DNA from: Patescibacteria group bacterium
GTDB taxonomy: Bacteria; Patescibacteriota; Minisyncoccia; Phycocordibacterales; Phycocordibacteraceae
Assembly: GCA_019752595.1 (NCBI GenBank)
Contig: JAIELV010000001.1
Location: 618,394-682,393, forward strand
DNA length: 64,000 nt
Reading direction: 5' to 3'
Of the stretch, positions 17,744-26,524 are shown one piece after another (the first letter of the stretch is position 1; each line of letters starts with the position of its first letter). Made by a program: the position numbers and the translations under genes. Below the pieces are notes generated by a model, which ran no database searches, had not been told where the DNA came from, and was given only the letters and a program-made list of their open reading frames with translations.

Positions 17744-19021
17744 TTATTCGGAATCAGTATCCGCATCTTTTTCTTGTTGCACCCTTTCAGGAGGTGCAAG
17801 TTCACCAAGTTCCGATACAGGTTCCTGTATCTGCACAGGGATCGGTAACGTATTTTTAATAACAGCGTTCTCATTGAAGTCGCCACTAGCACCCTCGCGC
17901 GGTATGACTTTCAGTCGCGACTTCTGAAATGCCTTCAAAAAGACCGAGAGTTTCACGGAAATCGTAGCAGCTTTTCTGTATGAGGCGAGCGCAAGAGCAA
18001 AATCATTCTGAGACACTGCTTGATCGGCAGAAGACATAAGTGTTTTGATTTCAGAAAGTTCCCCATTCACGCGCATGCGTGCATCTTCATCAATTCTCTC
18101 TTCGAGGCGCTCAAACAGTCGCGATGCATTTTGAAATTCTTTTTTTGCAGAGCGTGCAAATCTTTGAACCACTTCTTCGCTCACGGTGGCTATTTGTACG
18201 GGAGGCGCTTCCTCAGCTACAGATGCTGCACGCGCTTTCATTGATGATCCTTCAGCCACCCCTGTGTCCATAGCGACAGACATCATCATGGTAGTAGCTT
18301 CAGGCGCTGGCTCGGAAAGTACAGCAACTGTGGCAGACGGTATGGGCACGCCACTCACCCGCTCAGTGACCCGCGCAAGACGGGCAATTTTTGTTCGTAC
18401 TTGATCTTTTAAGTTGCGAACTTTTTCAGGGTGCTCAACATCTGCGAGTACTACTTCGTGTGCCAAAAGTGTATTTTCAAAACGCGTGGCAACATCCGCA
18501 GCAATTGAAGCTTCTGAGGCTTCTAAGCGTTCCACATCAACTACAAAACGTTCAGCATGTTTTTCAAAACGATTTTCAAGCTCTTCCTTCGCTTCGTCGG
18601 TTAATGCATCATCCGAAGCAAGTTTTGCTGCTTCTTCCAAACGGCGCTCTGCCAATTCTGCGTTCCACAATGCTTTTGACTCGGACGAAACGGAAAGTAC
18701 TGCGACAACGGGTTCATTTACTTCTACCTTGATAGGGTAGAGCGCATCCCCTGGCAAAGCATTTTCCGCTGCAAAACTCACACCAGCACCCGAAAACAAA
18801 ATACCCGCCACCAGAAGGAGCGCAACTGATTTACGCGAAAACGCGTACAGTGACAAAAGCATGTACGAGATCGGCGCACGCCGATCCAAGGGCACGTTTC
18901 GAAGAGGCTTCATTGCGATATATTCAGAAAGCACACGTTTCATGCGCTCGCGCTCGATGTCTGAGAGAGACACATGCTCCCCGCTTTTTCGTATGTACTC
19001 TGTGAGGTTTATTTTTTTCAT
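17744..19021 (-). CDS. Putative anti-sigma factor, membrane protein with a DUF5667-like periplasmic domain
   Basis: 425 aa with one TM helix (VALLLVAGILFSGAGVSFA), a PGDALYPIK motif and long coiled-coil, acidic stretches. It overlaps the upstream ECF sigma gene by 4 nt (ATGA). Confidence 0.55.
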   Translation of the reverse strand: MKKINLTEYIRKSGEHVSLSDIERERMKRVLSEYIAMKPLRNVPLDRRAPISYMLLSLYAFSRKSVALLLVAGILFSGAGVSFAAENALPGDALYPIKVEVNEPVVAVLSVSSESKALWNAELAERRLEEAAKLASDDALTDEAKEELENRFEKHAERFVVDVERLEASEASIAADVATRFENTLLAHEVVLADVEHPEKVRNLKDQVRTKIARLARVTERVSGVPIPSATVAVLSEPAPEATTMMMSVAMDTGVAEGSSMKARAASVAEEAPPVQIATVSEEVVQRFARSAKKEFQNASRLFERLEERIDEDARMRVNGELSEIKTLMSSADQAVSQNDFALALASYRKAATISVKLSVFLKAFQKSRLKVIPREGASGDFNENAVIKNTLPIPVQIQEPVSELGELAPPERVQQEKDADTDSE

Positions 19022-19545
19022 GATGTTGCCAACTGGTCCTTAAGCTTTGCTACCCCCCGATGAATCCTGACTGAGACCGCGTTCTCTGTGGAGCCGGTCA
19101 TGCGAGCTATTTCTTTCGGGGAAAAGCCTTCCACGTACCTGAGAGTCACTACAGTTCTGTACTCCTCCGAAAGTTCCGTAATCGCATCTTTCACTTTATT
19201 CAGCAAATCTTTCTCATCCATACTTTCTTCAACTTCCAAAATACTGCCCTCTGCAAACATGGCTTCAGTGGCACTAGGATTATCTTCCAATTTTTTATCG
19301 AGAGATTCAGTCTTTGACCTTCGGTATTCGTCAATAATCAGGTTATTCAAAATTCTGAATAGGAATGATTTAGGACTTCTGACGTCCCCGCCACCACGCA
19401 CGTAGTCCCACGCTTTGATAAACGTGTCTTGCGTTAAGTCATAGGCTCTTTCGCGGTCAGGAAGACGGAAGAAAGCATGACGAAAAAGCGCATCTGCATG
19501 CGTGTTGTAAGCGGCCAGGAATTCCTCTTCCTTGTTCCCTTTCAT
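19018..19545 (-). CDS. ECF-type RNA polymerase sigma factor (sigma-70 family, regions 2 and 4)
   Basis: The ORF-track start at 19701 is unlikely. The start at MKGNKEEEFL (19545) gives a ~175-aa sigma-24-like protein with region 2 (DLTQDTFIKAWDY) and a region-4 HTH (PKEIARMTGSTENAVSVRIHRG). Confidence 0.75.
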   Translation of the reverse strand: MKGNKEEEFLAAYNTHADALFRHAFFRLPDRERAYDLTQDTFIKAWDYVRGGGDVRSPKSFLFRILNNLIIDEYRRSKTESLDKKLEDNPSATEAMFAEGSILEVEESMDEKDLLNKVKDAITELSEEYRTVVTLRYVEGFSPKEIARMTGSTENAVSVRIHRGVAKLKDQLATS

Positions 19546-19666
19546 AGGCCGTATATGTAGACGAGTATACCCCGCCTTTCTTTCTGTCTTCACACGAAAA
19601 AAATTCCTGCCCGCAAGACGGTGTAGCTGTACCCCCCCCGCAACACAAAAGAGTATCGTGGTATCG

Positions 19667-19682
19667 TGGTACCATGGTAACA
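19667..19682. promoter_or_regulatory. Palindrome TGGTACCATGGTAACA (copy b), abutting the -35 box of the yerC-like promoter
   Basis: Shares the ACCATGGTAACA core with copy a at 8479-8494. It is preceded by the tandem GTATCGTG GTATCGTG. Confidence 0.4.
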
Positions 19683-19684
19683 TG

Positions 19685-19713
19685 TTGACACGTAGAACCA
19701 TGTGCGATATAAT
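19685..19713 (+). promoter_or_regulatory. Consensus sigma70 promoter TTGACA-N17-TATAAT for the TrpR-like gene
   Basis: TTGACA at 19685-19690 and TATAAT at 19708-19713. Confidence 0.6.
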
Positions 19714-19719
19714 GAACGG

Positions 19720-20025
19720 GTGAAGAATAAAGTAAAAACCGACACCGAGCTGAACCGAAAGCGCATGGAGCGCCTGTATGATGCTCTGCTTTCACTTAAA
19801 ACCCGCGAAGAATCTGCTGCATTTTTGCGTGACTTGTGCACTGTCTCGGAACTTGAAGCACTTTCAGAGCGTTTGGCAATTGCTGAACGCGTGTCGAAAG
19901 ACGAATCGTATCTTTCTATTGCAAGCGATTTAGGAGCATCAACAACTACTGTTACTCGCGTAGCGCATTGGCTGAACCATGGAATGGGCGGCTACCGCGC
20001 GGTTTTAAATCGTTTGAAAAAATAA
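19720..20025 (+). CDS. TrpR-like protein, YerC/YecD family
   Basis: Aligns with Bacillus YerC across LYDALLSL...LRDLCTVSELEALSERLAIA...ASTTTVTRV. The GTG at 19720 lies 6 nt after the -10 box. Alternative starts are 19702 (ORF track) and the ATG at 19765. Confidence 0.7.
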   Translation: MKNKVKTDTELNRKRMERLYDALLSLKTREESAAFLRDLCTVSELEALSERLAIAERVSKDESYLSIASDLGASTTTVTRVAHWLNHGMGGYRAVLNRLKK

Positions 20026-20049
20026 TTTCAAAAGAACTCCGTTGCACCA

Positions 20050-20075
20050 GCCGCCCCGACTCGGGCGGTTTTTTA
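20050..20075 (+). terminator. Rho-independent terminator
   Basis: ccgccc-cgactc-gggcgg followed by tttttt. Confidence 0.7.
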
Positions 20076-20305
20076 GTATCAAAAATAATCAAAACATATG
20101 AGCGAAGCAAAAAGAATATTGGCAGCATCAAGAAAAGTTTTCATCGCGCGGCAAGAAGAGCGCGCGTTTAGCGATAGATCGGAAGACGTGCGCGCGTGTG
20201 AGCCAGAACCGACCTTAGAGATTGCTAAGTCATTTCGACCGAAAACGATACCCAGCATGTACGAAACAGCTCGAATAGCAATGGACGAGAGGGTGGGGGG
20301 CACTG

Positions 20306-21517
20306 TTGAAAAAATCTCCAAGTTCCGAACGTACGATTAATCACACTATGTCACTAGAACGATTCATATACCAGCAGAAACCAGTTCGTCCTGAGAACCT
20401 GACCGCGACACTTACCGCGGTGGGTGCACGAACTTCAAAAGAGGACACCGATTTTATAGCGGAAAGACAGAATCCATACCGTCAAAAACGAGGCGGGTTG
20501 AGTTTCGGCGCGTACGCTTCAATCCGCATCCCCGCTGGAAAGACGGAAATGACGAATATAAATGTCTACGGGGAGCAATCTCAACTTTCTTCGCTTTCGC
20601 TTTCCGTCACCGATCGTGAGAAAGGTACGTTTGAGCTGAGAGACGACTCGCTAGGAACACTGACAACGGGGCGCATATTAGAAAGCCCGAACTGGGCGAA
20701 AGAGCGCCTTACAAGCGGCCGCGGGGCAATGCAGGTCTTGCAACGTCACGGACCAGCAAACCTCGTCGGGGTGTTAGGTGAAGGACGTTGCTCGCTTTTC
20801 GACAAAGGTAACGCTTGTACATTCTGTACGATGAGCGGAGGTGCAGCGAACGCAGACCGAGAGGTGGAAGAGCTAGCAGAAGCACTCGAGGTCGCACGCA
20901 CAACAGACCGCCGAGCATACAACCTGACGGTCACTACTGGTCTTCAATCCTCTCTTGAAGGTGCGAACGGACTCATTGAAAAAACAAAAGCTCTGAAAAA
21001 GACTGTCGGAGATACAGATATTGCTCTTGTAGTAGCGCCGTTTCAGGAAAATTCACGCGATCGGCTCACTGCGCTTAAGGATGCGGGGGTAGGTACTTTG
21101 ATGATGCCTCTTGATATCGCAAGCGAGGCGGCGCAAAAGACATATGTCCCTGGCAAGGCACCGCTTCTTGGCGCAACCTACTGGCGAAACATGAAAGAAG
21201 CTGCACGCATATTCGGAAAGGGCGGAGTCGCGTCAAGTATTATCGTCGGGCTCGAACCCGTTTCGGAGACCGAAAGGGCAATAGAGCGCATGGTTGATTA
21301 CGGAATTGTCCCAGAACCGATACCCGTCAGATGGGATGATTCAATTTGTTCGAATGAACCCTTACCAGTCACAAACCCAGATGATTTAGTCGCTATGCGT
21401 GCGAAAGCGGCCGATGCGCTCGGAAGAAGGCGTGATGAATTCGGAAAAGTAAAAGCAGGCTGTTCTGCCTGTGGAGGATGCGGTGGGTTCAAAGCAAACG
21501 ACGTACTCTCGGGATAA
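20306..21517 (+). CDS. Putative Fe-S / radical-SAM-like enzyme with a non-canonical CX8CX2C motif
   Basis: 403 aa. The motif CSLFDKGNACTFC precedes TIM-barrel-like segments, and a second Cys cluster CSACGGCGG sits near the C-terminus. An overlapping upstream ORF at 20098..20340 is in another frame. Confidence 0.4.
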   Translation: MKKSPSSERTINHTMSLERFIYQQKPVRPENLTATLTAVGARTSKEDTDFIAERQNPYRQKRGGLSFGAYASIRIPAGKTEMTNINVYGEQSQLSSLSLSVTDREKGTFELRDDSLGTLTTGRILESPNWAKERLTSGRGAMQVLQRHGPANLVGVLGEGRCSLFDKGNACTFCTMSGGAANADREVEELAEALEVARTTDRRAYNLTVTTGLQSSLEGANGLIEKTKALKKTVGDTDIALVVAPFQENSRDRLTALKDAGVGTLMMPLDIASEAAQKTYVPGKAPLLGATYWRNMKEAARIFGKGGVASSIIVGLEPVSETERAIERMVDYGIVPEPIPVRWDDSICSNEPLPVTNPDDLVAMRAKAADALGRRRDEFGKVKAGCSACGGCGGFKANDVLSG

Positions 21518-21521
21518 AAAT

Positions 21522-23051
21522 CTACTCGTACTCAATTGTCGCAGGGGGTTTCTGGGTGATATCAAAAAAGACACGGTTCACTCCTTTCACTTCGTTCACG
21601 ATTCGGCTTGAAATCCTCTCCAGTAAATCGGTGGGGATTTTGTGCCAATCGGCCGTCATGCCGTCGACCGAATCAACAGCTCGAAGAGCAATTGCGTAAT
21701 CATACGTGCGGGCATCGCCCATCACGCCGACAGTCTTAATCGGAAGAAGTGCGGCGAACGCCTGCCAGATTTTTTCGTACTCCCCTGCTGATTTCAGCTC
21801 TTCCTGATAAATCGCATCGGCTTCGCGCAGAATTTTCAATCGGTCTTCGGTTACTTCGCCTACAATGCGAATACCAAGCCCTGGCCCTGGGAAAGGGTGG
21901 CGCCACACCATATCGTGCGGAATACCTAAACCTTCGCCCACGCGGCGCACTTCGTCTTTATACAAATCGCGGAGTGGCTCAATGACACCAAGCTTCATCT
22001 TTTCAGGCAACGTAAGGTTATGATGACTTTTTATTTTATCCGCATGTTTCCCTACTGCAGCCGATTCGATGCGGTCAGGATAAATTGTTCCTTGTGCAAG
22101 ATATTTCACAGGAAACTTTTGCAACTCCTCACCGAGGGCTTTCTCAAACACTTCCACAAACGCGTGCCCAATGATTTTGCGTTTCTCTTCGGGGTCAGTA
22201 ACGCCCTTGAGATTAGCGAGAAACATCTGCGAGGCGTCGATTACGTGAAGCCCTGTAAAGCCGCGCGACTTCAAAGACGCAGAAACGCTTTCTACTTCCC
22301 CTTTACGCAAAAGGCCGTGGTCCACGAACACCGCATGAAGCTGATCGCCAATTGCTTGATGGAGGAGCGTTGCGGCGACGAGTGAATCCACGCCTCCCGA
22401 AATACCAACCACCACATGGTCTGTACCGATTTTTTCTTTCAGGTCGGAAATTATGCCTGCCGAAACATCGCTCATGTTCCAGTTTTTCTCCGCTATTACG
22501 ATATCGAATACGAAGTTCGAAAGAATGTTTGTGCCGTGCACGGTATGTGTGACTTCAGGATGGAACTGAATCCCGTAGAAGCCTCGCTTCTCGTCAGCGA
22601 ATCCTGAAAGTTCACAGCTTTTTGACGAAGCGGTTTTTACAAATCCAGTCGGGAGTTTTGTTGCCTGATCGCCGTGCGAAAACCACACCACTTCTTTTGA
22701 TTCCAGCGTATTAAAAAGCGCATCTTTTTTGAGAATGTCTAGATTTTCTTTCCCGTACTCTTTTACGTAACCACCCTTCACTTCGCCCCCCAACATGTGC
22801 GCCATGAGCTGAAGGCCGTAGCAAATACCAAGAACGGGAACACCAAGTTCGAAAATACCTTTGTCAGGCAGCGGGCCGTTTTCAAGAACAGAGTGACCAG
22901 AACCTGAAAGAATAATTCCTTTCGGGTTCAATGCCTGTATTTCAGAAAGCGACGCATCACCATGCAAAATCTCGGCCTTTACGCCGAGGTCGCGCACTCT
23001 TCGTGCAATAAGGTGAGCAAATTGCCCGCCGAAGTTGAGAACTACAATCAT
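21522..23051 (-). CDS. guaA: GMP synthase (glutamine-hydrolysing)
   Basis: 509 aa with a class-I glutamine amidotransferase domain (catalytic Cys in GICYG), a PP-loop SGGVDS and a C-terminal dimerisation domain. Confidence 0.95.
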   Translation of the reverse strand: MIVVLNFGGQFAHLIARRVRDLGVKAEILHGDASLSEIQALNPKGIILSGSGHSVLENGPLPDKGIFELGVPVLGICYGLQLMAHMLGGEVKGGYVKEYGKENLDILKKDALFNTLESKEVVWFSHGDQATKLPTGFVKTASSKSCELSGFADEKRGFYGIQFHPEVTHTVHGTNILSNFVFDIVIAEKNWNMSDVSAGIISDLKEKIGTDHVVVGISGGVDSLVAATLLHQAIGDQLHAVFVDHGLLRKGEVESVSASLKSRGFTGLHVIDASQMFLANLKGVTDPEEKRKIIGHAFVEVFEKALGEELQKFPVKYLAQGTIYPDRIESAAVGKHADKIKSHHNLTLPEKMKLGVIEPLRDLYKDEVRRVGEGLGIPHDMVWRHPFPGPGLGIRIVGEVTEDRLKILREADAIYQEELKSAGEYEKIWQAFAALLPIKTVGVMGDARTYDYAIALRAVDSVDGMTADWHKIPTDLLERISSRIVNEVKGVNRVFFDITQKPPATIEYE

Positions 23052-23102
23052 GCTTGAGTATATCCTTGGAGCGGGAGTTTTACAAATTTACCCCTCGACG
23101 AA

Positions 23103-23339
23103 CTAGTGTGTTCTGGGATTTTGTTCTTGTATATCTTCACTATCATTTAGATCCGCTTCCCTTTTATATTTCAGGTAGTCCCGCTCCCATTGCGGTATTT
23201 CGTGGGGCATTCTTTTATATTCGTCGCCGTCATCCCAACCTCCTTCGGCGCGTACAAATGGAACTCTAGTTAGAGGCCGGCCAAAAGACTTTTCTACGTG
23301 AGTGTGGTCCATACCGACATCATACCAAAAACCCGCCAT
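23103..23339 (-). CDS. Hypothetical small protein
   Basis: 78 aa, charged, with no known domain. Confidence 0.3.
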   Translation of the reverse strand: MAGFWYDVGMDHTHVEKSFGRPLTRVPFVRAEGGWDDGDEYKRMPHEIPQWERDYLKYKREADLNDSEDIQEQNPRTH

Positions 23340-23354
23340 GAAGGCGAGTAAGTA

Positions 23355-23831
23355 TTACCGTTGCAATCTTTCTATTTCGCTTTTGTATCGCGCCATTTGC
23401 TCCTCTGAGAAAGGTAAGTCCGTATCCAAAGAATCCCTAAGTCCCACTGCCTCAATGACGGCATAACTCTGACTCATCCTTCCTGTTGCCATCCTAGCTG
23501 TGGCACGATGATTGAAACGCCAAAAGGCATCCGAATTTAAATCAAAAGTCAGCCCCGAACTTCTTGCTTTGTCAGCTCGCTTATAAGCAACCTGTCTCGC
23601 CTTGTCTGCAATGCGTGCCCATTTCTGAGTCTCACTGACAGCTTCAACTCCGCGCGCGACAACTCTCGTTACTCGGCTAGGCAAATGACCCCACGAAGTT
23701 TCGTCTTGTAAGGCAGCAGCGGCTTCCGCGAAGAACTGAGGGGTTCTTTTATCGTCATCAACGTGCAACCTTAAAGCAAGTTCATGTTTCAACATATAAC
23801 GCATTATAAACCTTAATTTAGGAAAAGTCAA
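23355..23831 (-). CDS. Hypothetical protein
   Basis: 158 aa with no recognised domain. Confidence 0.4.
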   Translation of the reverse strand: MTFPKLRFIMRYMLKHELALRLHVDDDKRTPQFFAEAAAALQDETSWGHLPSRVTRVVARGVEAVSETQKWARIADKARQVAYKRADKARSSGLTFDLNSDAFWRFNHRATARMATGRMSQSYAVIEAVGLRDSLDTDLPFSEEQMARYKSEIERLQR

Positions 23832-23891
23832 GCCCGCCGTCTCGCTCTACGAGATAGCTATATATTGAAAAACCCGCCATAGGGTGCGGGT

Positions 23892-24122
23892 TTAGTGGGA
23901 TTTCTTTTTCTCCTCTTTCTCCTTTCTTTTCCTCAGTTCTGCCTCGATTTCCCATTCTCTAAACTTTTCGGGCGGGATATATACACCTCGTGAAGCGCCT
24001 CTATCGTCGTGTTCAACCTGCACGGGAAGCCGAAGAAGTGGAGAATACTCATTCCGTCTGCGATCCCTTAAAGGACCATAATTGACTGGGTCGCCACCTT
24101 CAAAGTGTTGTTCGTGATTCAT
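23892..24122 (-). CDS. Hypothetical small basic protein
   Basis: 76 aa with a Lys/Glu-rich C-terminus. A minus-strand terminator at 23867-23893 follows. Confidence 0.3.
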   Translation of the reverse strand: MNHEQHFEGGDPVNYGPLRDRRRNEYSPLLRLPVQVEHDDRGASRGVYIPPEKFREWEIEAELRKRKEKEEKKKSH

Positions 24123-24129
24123 ATTTAAT

Positions 24130-25491
24130 TTAACTCCACCTTTTCACTATACGCTTAGTTTTTTCAGCGGCAACTCCTATGTAGGAAGCGGGGTTTTTGA
24201 GAATTCCTTTTTGCTTATCAGTCATTTTGTCCAAATACGGTTTCATTTCTGAATCGGCAAACGCAACGTCTTCGAGTGACTTCCCTTCTTTCTGCGCGCT
24301 GAGTGTGAGATTTCTAACTTTTTCGTGCGCATCGGGGTGCCCCATCGAGGCAAGCATGATGTACAAAGGCTCGGCCGCAATCATGCCTTTCTGCATCGCC
24401 ATATTTGCTTCAAGCCTCGGCTTGTCGACAGAAAGTTTCGCCATTGTTTTCGAAAGCCTATTTGCCATCGAAACGGTGTAGGCGATTGTCTCTCCATAGG
24501 TTCTGCCAGATGCAGAATTGGTCAAATCGCGCTGGTGTTCAGAGATCTGGTCCATGAATACTGTCACCATTCTCGGCACAATAATTTTCCAAAGGCTTTT
24601 TGCGTTCTCAAAGTTAATTGGATTTCGTTTCTGCGGCATCGTAGACGAGCCAACTTGTGACTTTTCAAACTCCTCCCCTACTTCTCCGATTTCTGTTCGC
24701 TGTAACTGACGCATGTCGTCTGAAAGTTGCGCCATTATTCCTGCCGCAATCGTTGTCTCCGCCAAAAGTCGAACCATTGGTTCAGCCTGCGTGACCTGTG
24801 TTGCATGCTCCACGGGCTCGAGATTCATTTCTGCCAAAACGTCTTTTTCGAAAGCTTCAGGGTCATCAAAGAAAAGCGATGATGCGTTGTATGCGCCAAC
24901 AGCGCCTGAAAACTTCCCTTTCATCTCTCCCGCAAGAGCTTCAAGTGCCACGATCGACTGCCCAAGGCGGCTGACATAGCCTGCAACAACGTAGCCGAAT
25001 GTAAGCGGGACCGCGTGCTGGCCATGCGTGCGCCCGACCTGCACCGTTTCTGCTTCCCTTTCCGCAATTCCTACAAGAATCTTCAAGAGTGATTTCAAAG
25101 ACGGCACGAGTGCTTTCAGTGTTGCGTCTTTAAATCGAGCCGCGTTTGCGGTATCAGAGATGTCGTAGCTGGTTGCGGTCATGTGGACGTAGGGCTTTGC
25201 TGCGTCCGAAACTTTCAAACGAATGACGTTTACCATTGCGCGGATATCGTGTTTCACCTTGTCTTCTTCTTCGTAGACTTCTGCGGGAGTAATCGTCTGT
25301 ACGGCGGATTCAATTTCTTTCAAAACGTCTGCTGAACAAATTTTTCTCTTATGAAGTGCTTTTACGAGCGCAAGTTCAACGCTGAGCTTGTATTTGAGGT
25401 ACGCATTATCTGAGAGGTACTTCGCAACCTCTTCATCCCAGTACCGATAATCAACAGGAGCGATACTATCAAACGCATTTGAAGGTCTCAT
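24130..25491 (-). CDS. purB: Adenylosuccinate lyase
   Basis: 453 aa with the fumarate-lyase signature GSSTMPQKRN. Confidence 0.93.
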   Translation of the reverse strand: MRPSNAFDSIAPVDYRYWDEEVAKYLSDNAYLKYKLSVELALVKALHKRKICSADVLKEIESAVQTITPAEVYEEEDKVKHDIRAMVNVIRLKVSDAAKPYVHMTATSYDISDTANAARFKDATLKALVPSLKSLLKILVGIAEREAETVQVGRTHGQHAVPLTFGYVVAGYVSRLGQSIVALEALAGEMKGKFSGAVGAYNASSLFFDDPEAFEKDVLAEMNLEPVEHATQVTQAEPMVRLLAETTIAAGIMAQLSDDMRQLQRTEIGEVGEEFEKSQVGSSTMPQKRNPINFENAKSLWKIIVPRMVTVFMDQISEHQRDLTNSASGRTYGETIAYTVSMANRLSKTMAKLSVDKPRLEANMAMQKGMIAAEPLYIMLASMGHPDAHEKVRNLTLSAQKEGKSLEDVAFADSEMKPYLDKMTDKQKGILKNPASYIGVAAEKTKRIVKRWS

Positions 25492-25519
25492 TACTAGTAT
25501 TTTATCACATCTACAGAAA

Positions 25520-25542
25520 TGTGCTATACTTAGTATAGCACA
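25520..25542. promoter_or_regulatory. 23-bp perfect palindrome TGTGCTATACTTAGTATAGCACA (copy 1), two face-to-face extended -10 boxes
   Basis: TGCTATACT is a TGn-TATACT element on both strands. Divergent purB and tRNA-Pro flank it. Confidence 0.5.
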
Positions 25543-25593
25543 TATTGTACTTTAGGTGAGAGCCGTGTAGGCATGCTATTCTCCTTCTTGTCG

Positions 25594-25664
25594 CGGGGTG
25601 TCGTATACCGGTAGTACGCTTGCTTTGGGAGCAAGATGACCGAGTTCGATTCTCGGCACCCCGA
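25594..25664 (+). tRNA. tRNA-Pro (anticodon UGG), no encoded CCA
   Basis: Manual fold of 71 nt with C1:G72, as in E. coli tRNA-Pro. Anticodon loop TTTGGGA, T-arm CCGAG-TTCGATT-CTCGG, discriminator A. Confidence 0.8.
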
Positions 25665-26051
25665 CTAGGACCCGAGAACGACGTTCTCCAAAAACCGCAC
25701 TTTTGCGGTTTTTGTTTTTTCGTCGAGATAGACAGCAATAACATCAAATTGCCAATCCCCGACGACATTCCTTTCCAATATGTAGCTTTCTATAGTCCTC
25801 AAAAGCCTTTTTATTTTTTGAGGGTGTACGTTTTCTTCGGGGCGATGCCTTTCTGAAACAGCACTCTCCCCCGTTTCCCATGAAACGGATTTAACTTCTA
25901 CAAAATGCACACACTCATCTTTTCGAGAGACTAAATCGATCTCACCGTAGGGTTTTCGGTAGTTTCTGGATAGGATTGTATGTCCTTTTGATACTAAGTA
26001 CTCTTCGGCGACCTTTTCACCAATACGACCTATTTCATTATGTTTAGCCAT
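25665..26051 (-). CDS. YraN-family (UPF0102) endonuclease-like protein
   Basis: 128 aa with the characteristic GEIDLV...FVEVK core. Confidence 0.7.
   Translation of the reverse strand: MAKHNEIGRIGEKVAEEYLVSKGHTILSRNYRKPYGEIDLVSRKDECVHFVEVKSVSWETGESAVSERHRPEENVHPQKIKRLLRTIESYILERNVVGDWQFDVIAVYLDEKTKTAKVRFLENVVLGS
25691..25716. terminator. Bidirectional terminator (tRNA-Pro / yraN-like gene)
   Basis: accgca-cttt-tgcggt followed by tttttg; the complement has its own T run. Confidence 0.7.
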
Positions 26052-26238
26052 ATTTTACTGTTTCACGTGAAACGTGTCTGAAAGCAAAAGTATGATAATA
26101 GCATTATTTAAAGCCATATTTTTAAGAAATTGCCTGTTTTTTGTGCCCTATATAAGTTGTCTTTTATACACATACACACAGGTTTGTCCACAGTTTTAGA
26201 CAATTTCACGTGAAACGCGTTTCTTATGAAACATGAGG

Positions 26239-26397
26239 CTATTTTTTATCTTCCCTGTTCTTTTTAGGCGTTTCAGCGTTGCACATGGAACAGTGTATCC
26301 AGACAGGAGGAACCCCGTATCCAGCATCTACAAAAAAGCCCCGATTACCTTTGCAGGCGGGGCAGTGATTTTTACCTTCTTTTGAGAGGAAGGACAT
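26239..26397 (-). CDS. Small C4 zinc-ribbon protein
   Basis: Manual translation gives MSFLSKEGKNHCPACKGNRGFFVDAGYGVPPVWIHCSMCNAETPKKNREDKK (52 aa). Two CxxC pairs are present. It is below the ORF-track size cutoff. Confidence 0.4.
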   Translation of the reverse strand: MSFLSKEGKNHCPACKGNRGFFVDAGYGVPPVWIHCSMCNAETPKKNREDKK

Positions 26398-26401
26398 TGT
26401 G

Positions 26402-26472
26402 TGCGGCTACCGGGAATCGAACCCGAATCTCGTCCTTGGCAAGGACGCATTCTACCACTAAACCATAGCCGC
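26402..26472 (-). tRNA. tRNA-Gly (anticodon GCC), no encoded CCA
   Basis: Manual fold of 71 nt. Acceptor GCGGCTA / TAGCCGC, anticodon loop TTGCCAA, T-arm TCGGG-TTCGATT-CCCGG. Confidence 0.8.
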
Positions 26473-26524
26473 AATTCCGTATTTATATCATGAACTACAT
26501 GTTTTCTGCCAGTTTTAGGGGTTG

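Noticed and set aside
19546-19701. N-terminal 52 codons of the sigma-factor ORF as listed in the track
   Set aside because: This segment covers the divergent promoter (TTGACA-N17-TATAAT) and the palindrome. Sigma region 1.2/2 homology begins after the internal Met at 19545.
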